A stretch of 64,000 nucleotides of DNA, taken from contig JBGQGY010000001.1 of assembly GCA_041497675.1 (NCBI GenBank), positions 1 through 64,000 of the forward strand, given 5' to 3'. Position 1 is the stretch's first letter. Every line of letters begins with the position of its first letter. This DNA is from a bacterium (lineage in GTDB: Bacteria > Sysuimicrobiota > Sysuimicrobiia > Sysuimicrobiales > Humicultoraceae). The translations under genes and the position numbers were made by a program. This document shows, one piece after another, positions 10,191-19,632 of this stretch. The notes under the pieces are model-generated. The model was given only the letters and a program-made list of their open reading frames with translations. It did not search any database and was not told where the DNA came from.

Positions 10191-11498
10191 ATGATCCGAC
10201 CGATGTCCTGGCTGGTCACGGAGCACTGGCTCATCGGGGCGAGCCTAATGCGCGTCTCCCTGGGTGTGTGGGCCGTCTACTACTACCTGTTGCATTGGGG
10301 AGTCCGCCGAGAGTTGTGGGGGCCGGCCGGTGTCCTGCCGTTCGAGAAGTTCCTCGAGAGCGGTCCCCGGATCAACGTGTTCCAGTGGAATTCGTCGCCA
10401 CTCTACTTCGAAGCCGTCTATGCGGCGGCGATCCTCATTGCGGTGGCCGTAGCCATCGGCTATCGGTCGCGCCTCATGCTCCCGCTGCACTGGCTGATGA
10501 TCTGGTCGCTGCAAGAACGCAACCAGTTATTGGGCGATGGCGGGGATAACATCATGCGGATCGTCTTGTTGTTCCTGGCGTTGGTCGACACCGGGGCCCA
10601 CTTTTCACTCGATGCGTTGCCCGCAACGCGGTCGTCGCGGTGGGGATGGCGGGACGCCGCGCGCGCCCTCTGCGAGCGCAACCGGGCGGCTCAGGCCGTC
10701 GTGCACAACTTCGGGGTCCTGCTGATCCTCGCCCAGTTGTCGTTGCTGTACATGAGTACCGGTCTGTATAAGGTGATGGGGGAACTGTGGCAGAGCGGGA
10801 CGGCCGTCTACTACATCCTGCGCGTCGATGAGTTTTCGTGGCCGGGTGCCGAGGTGATCTACCGCAATCCCTACTTGGTCGTCCTGGCCACCTACGGGAC
10901 GGTCCTCTTCGAGCTGATGTTCCTGCCGTCCCTCTTCAATCGATGGACCCGCTATGCGACGATTGTGGCTGGGATCGTCTTCCACGCGAGCATTGCCCTG
11001 GTGATGGGGTTGGTCACGTTCGCCTGGAGTATGGCGAGTATCTACCCGCTGTTGGTGACCGACGAGGAGTACGCCATGGCCGACACATGGTTTCGAAGGC
11101 GCTTCGGGCTTACGGCCCTCTACGATGGGTGGTGCCCCGCGTGCCTGCGCAGCGTCCGATGGCTGTCGCGGTGCGACCTGTTGTCGCTGGTGACGTTTGT
11201 CTCGTTTCGCGACCCCGGCGTCGTCGAGCGGTACGGGGTGGATGCGGGGCGGGCCGCGCAGCGGATCCACAGCATCGACGCGGCCGGCCGGGTGCGCGAA
11301 GGCATCGACGCCATGATCGCTCTTGGGGGCCGGACGGCCGTGCTGTGGCCGCTCGTCCTGCTCTTCTGGCTGGCGCGTCTGGCGGCGGGCCAGCGATTCT
11401 ATGATGCGGTTGCCTCTCGGCGGGTCATCCTGATCCCGGGGGTGTGCGCGAATCACTGCGCCACCGGGCCACCGGCGGCCCGGCGCCAGCCCAGCTGA
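10191..11498 (+). CDS. HTTM domain (SdpB-like) membrane protein fused to a DCC1-like (DUF393) thiol-disulfide oxidoreductase
   Basis: RNQLLGDGGDN, QLSLLYMSTGLYK...WQSGTAVYY, FHASIALVMGL; C-terminal LYDGWCPAC...GIDAMIAL...FYDAVASRR. Confidence 0.85.
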   Translation: MIRPMSWLVTEHWLIGASLMRVSLGVWAVYYYLLHWGVRRELWGPAGVLPFEKFLESGPRINVFQWNSSPLYFEAVYAAAILIAVAVAIGYRSRLMLPLHWLMIWSLQERNQLLGDGGDNIMRIVLLFLALVDTGAHFSLDALPATRSSRWGWRDAARALCERNRAAQAVVHNFGVLLILAQLSLLYMSTGLYKVMGELWQSGTAVYYILRVDEFSWPGAEVIYRNPYLVVLATYGTVLFELMFLPSLFNRWTRYATIVAGIVFHASIALVMGLVTFAWSMASIYPLLVTDEEYAMADTWFRRRFGLTALYDGWCPACLRSVRWLSRCDLLSLVTFVSFRDPGVVERYGVDAGRAAQRIHSIDAAGRVREGIDAMIALGGRTAVLWPLVLLFWLARLAAGQRFYDAVASRRVILIPGVCANHCATGPPAARRQPS

Positions 11499-11523
11499 CC
11501 TCACTGGTCAGGCAGACACGGCC

Positions 11524-12471
11524 TCAGCGGTGGATCGGCGGCAGCCGGTTCACGGTGGTGAGACCGGGTGGCGCCGCGACCACAATAGGCGCGGCGTTGA
11601 CGGCCAGCGCGCAGGTGGCCACGTCGCCGTGGATGCCGCCGTCCACCGTCACGTTGATCGGCGGTTCGCCGTCGATCAACACGCTGTCGCGCGGGTTGGA
11701 CACGCCCACGGCCATGGTGAGGTCGAGCGTGATGATGGGCTGACCGGCGCTGGTACCCACGGCGACCTGGTGCAGGCCTTTCACGGTCGCGCCATCTACC
11801 ACGGGATCGATGCGTTCGGTGACCGTGTCCACCGTCCAGCCGAGCGAGTCCGCGATCATCGCGATGGATTCCTTGAGACCGACGTGACCGATCGTGCCTT
11901 CGGCGACGCCCCGCTCGAAGGTGGGGCGATCCATGCCCGCCCCGACCTTGCGTTGGAGCGGCAATCGGCGGCGTCCGGCATCGACCACGCGGACGATGCG
12001 AATCGCGCGGATCGCGCGGCACGGCGCGGTCAGGACGATCGGGAGCAGGTCCATGACGTAGCCGGGGTTCACGCCGAGTCCCACGACGGTCACGCCGTGG
12101 GCCATTGCGGCGGTGTCGATCCGGCGCGCGTGCTCCGCGTGATGCTGCCAGGGAAACGCCAGCTCTTCACACGTCGAGATGACGTTGGCGCCGGCGGCGA
12201 CAATCTCGAGTAATTGGGGAGTGGTACGGGCGAGTTGGGACTGGGTGGTATGGAACACGACCAGTGGACGCCCCGCCAGCGCCGCCGACGCGTCTGCGGT
12301 GACCGGCACCCCGATCGCGGCGCGTCCCAACAACGTGCCGAGGTCCTTGCCGATCTTCTCGGGGTCGATGTCGACCGCACCGAGCACGCGGTGGCCCCGC
12401 TCGAGGGCCACCTCGGCAATGCCGAGGCCGATGGGGCCCAGACCATAGTGGGCGACGGTCACTGACGTCAT
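11524..12471 (-). CDS. NAD(P)H-dependent amine dehydrogenase / 2,4-diaminopentanoate dehydrogenase-like (DapB-like N-terminal domain)
   Basis: GLGPIG, NVISTCEEL, GVNPGYVMD, GHVGLKES, GGIHGDVAT. Confidence 0.8.
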   Translation of the reverse strand: MTSVTVAHYGLGPIGLGIAEVALERGHRVLGAVDIDPEKIGKDLGTLLGRAAIGVPVTADASAALAGRPLVVFHTTQSQLARTTPQLLEIVAAGANVISTCEELAFPWQHHAEHARRIDTAAMAHGVTVVGLGVNPGYVMDLLPIVLTAPCRAIRAIRIVRVVDAGRRRLPLQRKVGAGMDRPTFERGVAEGTIGHVGLKESIAMIADSLGWTVDTVTERIDPVVDGATVKGLHQVAVGTSAGQPIITLDLTMAVGVSNPRDSVLIDGEPPINVTVDGGIHGDVATCALAVNAAPIVVAAPPGLTTVNRLPPIHR

Positions 12472-12592
12472 GACGCTTCGTCTCCTCCGGGGATTGTCTG
12501 CGGGAGCGCCCCAATTTTAGCAGAGCGTCCAGATGCGGCCAAGCGCGGCCCGCGGAGGGGAGCATCTGGTGGTCTGCCGAAACCTTTTGGGC

Positions 12593-13534
12593 ATGCCTGC
12601 GCTGGCCGTGGTTGCCATCGGGGGCAATTCCCTGGTGCGCGATCACGACGCATCAATTGACGCCGCCCGTGCCGCGCTCGGCGAGGTCGCCGGGCATCTT
12701 GCGGAGATGGTGCGCGCCGGGTGGGCGATGGCGATCACCCACGGCAACGGACCGCAGGTTGGATTCGGGCTGCTGCGCTCGGAGGCCGGCGCCAACGAGG
12801 CCCCGCGGCAGCCGCTCGACGTGCTCGGGGCCGAGACCCAGGGGTCGATCGGGTATCTGTTGCAGCAGGCGCTCGACGCGGCGCTCGCCCAGCAGGGGAT
12901 CGTCCGGCCGGTCGCGACCATCGTCACACAGGTCGTCGTGGATCCCGGGGACTTCGCGTTCACGCGTCCGACCAAGCCGGTTGGGCCATTTTACGAGCGG
13001 GCCGACGCCGACGCGCGTATGCGCGAGCACCGTTGGGTCATGACCGAAGACGCCGGGCGCGGGTGGCGGCGCGTCGTGCCGTCCCCGGAGCCGGTCGAGA
13101 TCGTGGAGACGCCGGTGATCAGGGCGCTGGTCGCCCAGGGTGTCGTCGTCATCGCGGCCGGCGGCGGAGGCATTCCGGTGGTCCGCCGCGAAAACCGATA
13201 CGAGGGCGTCGAGGCGGTGATCGACAAGGATCTGACGTCGGCCGTGCTGGCCCGCGACCTGCGGGCGCAGGTGATGGTGGTGTCGACCGGTGTCGAGCGC
13301 GTGGCCTTGGACTACGGAACGCCGCAGGAACGACCGATCGCGGCACTGACGATCGCCGAGGCGCGGCGGTACATGGCGGAGGGGCAGTTCCCTCCGGGCA
13401 GTATGGGACCAAAGATCACGGCGGCGATTCGGTTCTTGGAATCGGGCGGCGAGACCGTGATCATCACGACACCCGCGGCACTGGGCGCGGCCCTCGCGGG
13501 GCAGGCCGGGACGCGGATCGTCGCCCGCGCGTGA
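12593..13534 (+). CDS. arcC: Carbamate kinase
   Basis: AIGGNSL, THGNGPQVG, PTKPVGPF, GWRRVVPSPEP, EAVIDKD, GSMGPK. Confidence 0.95.
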   Translation: MPALAVVAIGGNSLVRDHDASIDAARAALGEVAGHLAEMVRAGWAMAITHGNGPQVGFGLLRSEAGANEAPRQPLDVLGAETQGSIGYLLQQALDAALAQQGIVRPVATIVTQVVVDPGDFAFTRPTKPVGPFYERADADARMREHRWVMTEDAGRGWRRVVPSPEPVEIVETPVIRALVAQGVVVIAAGGGGIPVVRRENRYEGVEAVIDKDLTSAVLARDLRAQVMVVSTGVERVALDYGTPQERPIAALTIAEARRYMAEGQFPPGSMGPKITAAIRFLESGGETVIITTPAALGAALAGQAGTRIVARA

Positions 13535-13574
13535 GGACGCACGACGAAGGCACGATGAAGAAGGAGGCCAGACC

Positions 13575-14762
13575 GTGAATCTCGAGTGGGCACAGCGGAT
13601 GGGCACGTTGGGCACCGAGACCGCGTTCGAGGTGTTGGCCAGGGCGCGCAACTTGGAGCGCCAAGGCAAGCACATCGTCCACCTGGAGATCGGCGAGCCC
13701 GACTTCGACACGCCGGCGCACATTACCGAGGCGGCGATCAAGGCGATGCACGACGGGTACACGCACTACACGCCGGCGGCGGGCATCCTTGAGGCCCGCC
13801 AAGCCGTGGCCGACTACGTGACGCGGACGCGGCGCATCCCGGTCAAACCCGAGCACGTCATCATCGTCCCGGGCTCGAAGAACGTGCTGCTCTTTGCGAT
13901 GCTCGCGCTGGTCAACCCCGGTGACGAAGTCGTCTACCCGGATCCGGGGTATCCGATTTACGAGTCGGTTGCCCGGTTCGTCGGCGCCACCCTGCGGCCG
14001 ATCAGGTTACGCGAGGAGAACGATTTCCGCTTCGACCTCGACGAGTTCCGCTCGCTCATCGGTCCGCGCACGCGGATGGTGGTCCTCAACTCGCCGCACA
14101 ACCCGTGCGGCTCGATGCTCGATCGCGCCGATATCGAAGCGGTCGCCGCGGCCGTGCTGCCCACCCGCGCCATGGTCCTCAGCGACGAGATCTACGCCCA
14201 GATCGCCTACGAGGGCGAACCCTACAGCATCGCGTCGGTCCCAGGCATGCAGGACCGCACGATCATCCTCGATGGGATGTCAAAGACGTATGCGATGACC
14301 GGCTGGCGGGTCGGATTTGGGGTCATGCGGCCCGAGCTGGTCGAGCGTATGGCGCAGTTGATGATCAACTCCAGTTCGTGCGCCGCCGGGTTCTCGCAGA
14401 TCGCCACGATCGCGGCCTTGAACGGCCCGCAGGGCGCGGTGACCGCCATGATCGCCGAGTTCAAGGCGCGCCGGCAGATCATCATCGACGAGCTCAACCG
14501 CATGGACGGCGTGACGTGCCGGTCGCCGCGCGGCGCCTTCTACGCGTTTCCAAACGTGTCGGCCATCGAGCCCGAATCCAAACGGCTGGCCGATTTCCTG
14601 CTCGAAGAGGGCGGGGTGGCTTGTCTGGCGGGTACGTCGTTTGGCGCCGGCGGACGCGGATTCCTGCGATTCTCGTACGCGAACAATCAAGAAAATATCC
14701 GGGAGGGCATGCGGCGGGTGCGGGGAGCGCTGCAGCGGTACCGGCCCGCGGTCGCCCGTTGA
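13575..14762 (+). CDS. PLP-dependent class I/II aminotransferase (aspartate aminotransferase-like)
   Basis: GEPDF, NSPHNPCG, SDEIY, SKTYAMTGWRVG. Confidence 0.92.
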   Translation: MNLEWAQRMGTLGTETAFEVLARARNLERQGKHIVHLEIGEPDFDTPAHITEAAIKAMHDGYTHYTPAAGILEARQAVADYVTRTRRIPVKPEHVIIVPGSKNVLLFAMLALVNPGDEVVYPDPGYPIYESVARFVGATLRPIRLREENDFRFDLDEFRSLIGPRTRMVVLNSPHNPCGSMLDRADIEAVAAAVLPTRAMVLSDEIYAQIAYEGEPYSIASVPGMQDRTIILDGMSKTYAMTGWRVGFGVMRPELVERMAQLMINSSSCAAGFSQIATIAALNGPQGAVTAMIAEFKARRQIIIDELNRMDGVTCRSPRGAFYAFPNVSAIEPESKRLADFLLEEGGVACLAGTSFGAGGRGFLRFSYANNQENIREGMRRVRGALQRYRPAVAR

Positions 14763-16111
14763 CCGGATCGTCGATCGACGCCTTTTTGGCCGTGCGGCTC
14801 GACGATTACATCGCCGAGACCGCGCGGCTCTGCGCGCACCCGAGCATTTCCGCGCAACGCCTCGGGCTCCCCGAGTGCGCCGAGATGGTCGCCGCCATGC
14901 TGGATCGGCGGGGCTTTGCGGTGGAGCGCGTGCCGACCGGCGGCGCGCCGGTCGTGGTCGGGCGTCTGCAGGGTACTTCAGCGCGGACCCTGCTCTTCTA
15001 CAACCACTACGACGTCCAGCCCCCGGAGCCGCTCGATCTGTGGACCTCGCCGCCGTTCGAACCCACCGTGCGCGACGGCGCCCTCTACGGACGTGGAACA
15101 AAGGATGACAAGGGCGAATTTGTCGCGCGTCTGGCCGCGGTCGATGCGGTGCGCGCGGCCAACGGCGGTACACCGCCGTGCGGCGTGCTCTTCGTCGTGG
15201 AAGGCGAAGAAGAGATCGGCAGCCCCCACATCGCGCAGGTCGTACGGGAGCGTCGCGCGATGCTCTCGTGTCACGGCGCGGTCTGGGAGGAAGGTGGTCT
15301 CGATGCGACGGGGCGGCCCGTGGTTTCGTTGGGCCGGCGCGGCGTGTTGTCGATCGAGATGACGGTTGAGACGATGGCGCGCGACGCGCACTCGGGCAGC
15401 GCGCACATCCTGCCCAGCGCTGCGTGGAGGCTGCTGCGGGCGCTCACCACGCTCAAAGGGGCCGACGAGCGGATCCGGATCGACGGATTTTACGACGCGG
15501 TCCTGCCGCCGACGCCGCGCGATCTTGAGCTGTTCGACGCCCTGCCCGACGATGAGCCGCATCTGCGTGCCACCTACGGCGTCAAAGAGTTTGTCGGCGG
15601 CATGACGGGCAAGGCGCTCGACCGCGCGGTCTTCGAGCCCACGTGCAACATCCAGGGGATCACGACCGGATACCAGGGGCCCGGCAACAAAACCGTCATC
15701 CCGGCGCGCGCGTCGGCCAAGCTCGATCTACGTCTGGTCCCTACCCAGGATCCCGAGGACATCTTTGCCAAGCTCCGACGTCATCTGGACCGGGGCGGGT
15801 TTGAGGACGTCCAGGTCGCGTGGCACGGGGCGATGTGGCCCTCGAAGCTGTCGCCCGACGATCCGCTGGTGGCGTTGACGGCGCGCACCGCGGCCGACGT
15901 GTACGGCGTCCCCAGCCTGTTGCAGCCGATGGGCGGGGGGAGCAGCCCCGTCTACGCCTTTGCGGGGCCGCTGGGCATTCCGGTGGTGACGGCCGGGGTC
16001 GGCTACGCGGACAACCGGACCCACGCACCAAACGAGCACGTACGGATTCAGGACTTTCACAACGCCGCCAGACATCTCGGCAGGATCCTGGAGGGCTTCG
16101 CGGGACTGTAG
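14759..16111 (+). CDS. M20/M25/M40 family metallopeptidase or deacylase
   Basis: YNHYDVQP, YGRGTKDDKG, EGEEEIGS, HAPNE; TTG start overlapping the upstream stop. Confidence 0.9.
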   Translation: MTGSSIDAFLAVRLDDYIAETARLCAHPSISAQRLGLPECAEMVAAMLDRRGFAVERVPTGGAPVVVGRLQGTSARTLLFYNHYDVQPPEPLDLWTSPPFEPTVRDGALYGRGTKDDKGEFVARLAAVDAVRAANGGTPPCGVLFVVEGEEEIGSPHIAQVVRERRAMLSCHGAVWEEGGLDATGRPVVSLGRRGVLSIEMTVETMARDAHSGSAHILPSAAWRLLRALTTLKGADERIRIDGFYDAVLPPTPRDLELFDALPDDEPHLRATYGVKEFVGGMTGKALDRAVFEPTCNIQGITTGYQGPGNKTVIPARASAKLDLRLVPTQDPEDIFAKLRRHLDRGGFEDVQVAWHGAMWPSKLSPDDPLVALTARTAADVYGVPSLLQPMGGGSSPVYAFAGPLGIPVVTAGVGYADNRTHAPNEHVRIQDFHNAARHLGRILEGFAGL

Positions 16112-16146
16112 ACACCGTACGCTGCGTGTGTCGGGAGGCGATGCGG

Positions 16147-16851
16147 ATGGCGAGAGTCACGATCTGCGTCTTGATCCTGGTGATCCTCGGTGTGATGACC
16201 ACGGGGGTCTCCTCGCAGCCCGCCGGTGAAGACCAAGCCATTATGCAGGTCATCGTCGCGAACGCGGAGGGGTTCTACCGGCGAGGGACCGCCTTTCATG
16301 TGGGCAACGGCATCTTTTACACGAACGTGCACGTGGTGCGGGATCAGGTACCCGAGGGATTTACAGAGTGGTACTTGGCCGGCACGAATGCCACTCGATC
16401 CCACGACACGTGGTTGGGGCCCTTCTCGGTGACCTGCATGCATCCGATGTATCGGGGCAGGTCCGATTCGACACGGGCGTTTCCCTACGATGTCGCCCGC
16501 CTCAAGGTCGGTGGCGCAGAAGCCCTTCCGTCGATAAGATTTTCACCAGGGTTTCCAAGCGTCGGGATGCGGGTTCGGACGAAGGGGTTCCCATCGGCGT
16601 CTCGACCCTGGCCCCCCGTGTTGTACGCTGCCCAGGGACGCATCGCAGAAATCGACATAACGGAGCAGACGTTCCAGGTCGATATCGAGTCCGGGTTCAC
16701 CCTCGGCGGGTCAAGCGGTTCTCCGGTGATCGGTCCAGATGGCACTGTCGTAGGCATCCACTATGCGAGCACGACTCAGGGGAGAAGCTCCGCGGACGTC
16801 ACGTTTGCGATATCGGTCCAGGCTGTGCGCTCGGGATGCCCGCTGCCGTAA
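16147..16851 (+). CDS. Secreted trypsin-like (S1) serine protease
   Basis: Signal peptide; TNVHVV, YDVA and GSSGSPV triad motifs. Confidence 0.8.
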   Translation: MARVTICVLILVILGVMTTGVSSQPAGEDQAIMQVIVANAEGFYRRGTAFHVGNGIFYTNVHVVRDQVPEGFTEWYLAGTNATRSHDTWLGPFSVTCMHPMYRGRSDSTRAFPYDVARLKVGGAEALPSIRFSPGFPSVGMRVRTKGFPSASRPWPPVLYAAQGRIAEIDITEQTFQVDIESGFTLGGSSGSPVIGPDGTVVGIHYASTTQGRSSADVTFAISVQAVRSGCPLP

Positions 16852-16858
16852 CACCGGG

Positions 16859-17947
16859 TCACGGGTCCTCGGCCGCCCCGAACACGACTCCGCGCCGGAT
16901 CGCCACGACCACCGCCCCGCCCTCTTCGAAGGGGGTAGACGGCGGCGCTTGAACGCGCAGCGCGGCCCCCGCGGCCAGACGCACCTTGTACTCGACCAGA
17001 TTGCCGAGGAAGTTGCGGACCTCGATGTGGGCCGCCAGGCCGGTTCCGGCATCGGCGTCGCCCACGTTGCGCAGTTCCAGGTCCTCCGGCCGTATCGCCA
17101 GCAGCACCTCCCCCGTGAGCCCGGCGGGGTTCTCCGCGCGTACCTCGTATCCGTAGATCGCAAGCCGTGCCGACCCGGGTTCCCGCGTGATGACGCTGGC
17201 CGGGAGAAAGTTCATCTGGCCGATGAAGTCGGCGACAAAGCGCGACGCGGGCCGGCGGTAGATGTCCGCCGGACGGCCGATCTGTACGATACGGCCGGCC
17301 GACATGACGGCCACCCGATCGGAGAGCGCCATGGCCTCGGCCTGGTCGTGCGTGACATAGAGGACGGGGATCCGCATCCGCCGCTGCAGTTCCTTGAGCT
17401 CGAAGCGCATCTGCTCCCGCAACTTGGCGTCGAGGTTCGATAGCGGTTCGTCGAGTAGCAGGACCTCGGGGCGGCCGGCCAGCGCGCGGCCCAACGCGAC
17501 GCGCTGCTGCTGGCCGCCCGACAACTGGTGCGGGTAGCGGCCGCCCAGACCGCCAAGGGCCACCAGATCGAGGATCTCGTTCACTCGTGCCGCCGTGGCC
17601 TGTCGCGACTGCGCGGCCAGCCGGAGCGGATAGCCGATGTTTGCGGCGACGGTCATGTGCGGCCATACGGCGTAGTTCTGAAACACCATCCCGAGCCGCC
17701 GCTTTTCGGGTGGCACGAAGACGCCGGCGGCCGGGGCGTTGACGAGCCGCCCGTGGATCGAGACCTCACCGCGCGTCGGGAGCTCCAGCCCCGCGACGCA
17801 CCGTAACGTGGTAGTCTTGCCGCAGCCGCTCGGGCCCAGCAAGGTGAAGAACTCATCGTCTCTGATCGAGAACGACACGTCCTGCACCGCGACGGTCTCG
17901 TCGAACTGCTTCAAGAGGTTGGAGACGTGTACAGCGTCCATCGGCAT
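16859..17947 (-). CDS. ABC transporter ATP-binding protein (Fe3+/polyamine family, TOBE domain)
   Basis: GPSGCGKTT, LSGGQQQR, LLLDEPLSNLD, VTHDQ. Confidence 0.92.
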   Translation of the reverse strand: MPMDAVHVSNLLKQFDETVAVQDVSFSIRDDEFFTLLGPSGCGKTTTLRCVAGLELPTRGEVSIHGRLVNAPAAGVFVPPEKRRLGMVFQNYAVWPHMTVAANIGYPLRLAAQSRQATAARVNEILDLVALGGLGGRYPHQLSGGQQQRVALGRALAGRPEVLLLDEPLSNLDAKLREQMRFELKELQRRMRIPVLYVTHDQAEAMALSDRVAVMSAGRIVQIGRPADIYRRPASRFVADFIGQMNFLPASVITREPGSARLAIYGYEVRAENPAGLTGEVLLAIRPEDLELRNVGDADAGTGLAAHIEVRNFLGNLVEYKVRLAAGAALRVQAPPSTPFEEGGAVVVAIRRGVVFGAAEDP

Positions 17948-18067
17948 CCCAGGGTGTGAACGTTCCTCGATATTCCGGGGCTCCCCTGCCGCGCGTCTGG
18001 GGCCGAGGCAGGATGGGTATGGTCCGCGCAGAAACTGTGCGCCCGGGAACGGCGACCGGAGGTTGAG

Positions 18068-18493
18068 TTGGGTGCAGGGGCCGCCGTGGCGGCGAGCTTC
18101 AGAGTTGTGCGAACACTGTGGCTGGCTGAGGCTATCGTGGTGGGATTCATCTGGCTGGGCCTCCCCGCACTGCTGGCGCGGCCCGAGGCAGAGGGAGGGC
18201 CCGCGGGCGTATTCGCCCGTATCTTCATTGCGGTCGCCATCGCGGATCTGGTCTTGGGGTGGTGGATAAGGAACCGGGCCAAGAAGGCTGGTCCTGCGCC
18301 CGCAGACGGCGCATCGCCGGCCATCATGGGAGCGTCGCTGGTCGCCGTGACGCTCGCCCTGACGCCGGGGATCCTTGCGGCGGCGCTCTACCTAGGCTTT
18401 GGCCATGTCGATGGTCATCGCATCCTCAGCATCATGAGCCTGGCAGGGTTGTGGGTCCTGCAGCCGCGTCTTGACGAATGGACGGTGCCGTGA
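18068..18493 (+). CDS. Hypothetical membrane protein (about 4 TM)
   Basis: Hydrophobic ORF whose stop overlaps the next start; start codon uncertain. Confidence 0.6.
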   Translation: MGAGAAVAASFRVVRTLWLAEAIVVGFIWLGLPALLARPEAEGGPAGVFARIFIAVAIADLVLGWWIRNRAKKAGPAPADGASPAIMGASLVAVTLALTPGILAAALYLGFGHVDGHRILSIMSLAGLWVLQPRLDEWTVP

Positions 18494-19575
18494 AGATCGT
18501 CCTTCTCGAAGGTGACCAGACCGGGCAGGAACTGCTCCGGGATGCCATCCGGGTGCTCGACCCCGAGGTGGTGGGTCTGCCGTTTGTGTTTGACCGGTTC
18601 GACCTGAGCCTCGACAACCGGCGCCGCACGAAGAATGCGGTCGTCCGCGAAGCCGCAGACGCGTTGCGGGAAGCGCGCTACGGGATCAAGGCGGCCACCA
18701 CCACTCCCGAAGGCGCGGGCGACGTGGGCAGCCCCAATGCGCTGCTCCGTGAATGGATCGATGCGACGGTGATCCTCCGGACGGGACGCCGGATCCCGGG
18801 TGTCCGGCCGGTGGCCGGTGTCGTGGCGCCGATCGCGGTGGTGCGCATGGGCGTGGGTGACGCCTACAACGCCCGCGAGTGGCGGGAAGGCGCCGGCGAC
18901 GATGAGGTGGCGTACCGCACTACCGCCGTGACCCGCCGTCACTGCCGGGCCGTGGCGGAGTTTTCGTTCCGGCACGCGCGCCAACTGGGCGCCAAGGTGT
19001 TTGGAGGGCCCAAATACACTGTCAGCCCCGTCTACGAAGGCATGCTCAAGGAAGAAGTGGATGCTGCCGCGGCGCGTCACCCGGAGATAGCCTACGATCC
19101 CCAGTTGATCGACGCGGTGTATGCTCTGCTGTTGCAGTCCACGGGCGAGGCCCTCGTGATCCCCGCCCTGAATCGTGATGGCGATACCCTGAGCGACTTT
19201 GTGTTGCAGATGTTCGGCAGCATCGCGGGGGCTGAGTCGGTGATCCTCAGCGTTGACAAAGAGAACAATCCGAAGGTCGTGCTGGCCGAGGCGCCGCACG
19301 GCACCGCCCCCAAGTTGTTCGGTAAGAACGTCGCCAACCCGATGGCCATGATCCTGGCGTGTGCGGCTGTCACGTCCTACCTGCCGCAGGCGGCCGCGGC
19401 CTCCGTGTCGCGTGCCATCTACGAGTCGACCTTTGAGGCGGTTCAGGGCGGCGTGCGTACGCTGGATCTCGGGGGCGACGCGACGACGACGGAATTCACC
19501 GACGAAGTCATCCGCCGGCTCCGTCTGAAGCTGGACGTCTGGCGCAGCCTCGGCCGGACTAGCCCCACCTCCTGA
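18490..19575 (+). CDS. Isocitrate/isopropylmalate family dehydrogenase
   Basis: LEGDQTGQE, NRDGDTLSD, EAPHGTAP..GKNVANP, TLDLGG. Confidence 0.88.
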   Translation: MKIVLLEGDQTGQELLRDAIRVLDPEVVGLPFVFDRFDLSLDNRRRTKNAVVREAADALREARYGIKAATTTPEGAGDVGSPNALLREWIDATVILRTGRRIPGVRPVAGVVAPIAVVRMGVGDAYNAREWREGAGDDEVAYRTTAVTRRHCRAVAEFSFRHARQLGAKVFGGPKYTVSPVYEGMLKEEVDAAAARHPEIAYDPQLIDAVYALLLQSTGEALVIPALNRDGDTLSDFVLQMFGSIAGAESVILSVDKENNPKVVLAEAPHGTAPKLFGKNVANPMAMILACAAVTSYLPQAAAASVSRAIYESTFEAVQGGVRTLDLGGDATTTEFTDEVIRRLRLKLDVWRSLGRTSPTS

Positions 19576-19632
19576 AGGGCACATCCTGGTTGCATGCCCG
19601 GGAACAGCGGGCAGAGGAGGAAGGGGCCTCAT

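Noticed and set aside
16859..17947. Orphan ABC ATPase as the missing partner of the Opp system
   Set aside because: It is Fe3+/polyamine-type with a TOBE domain, not OppD/F-type
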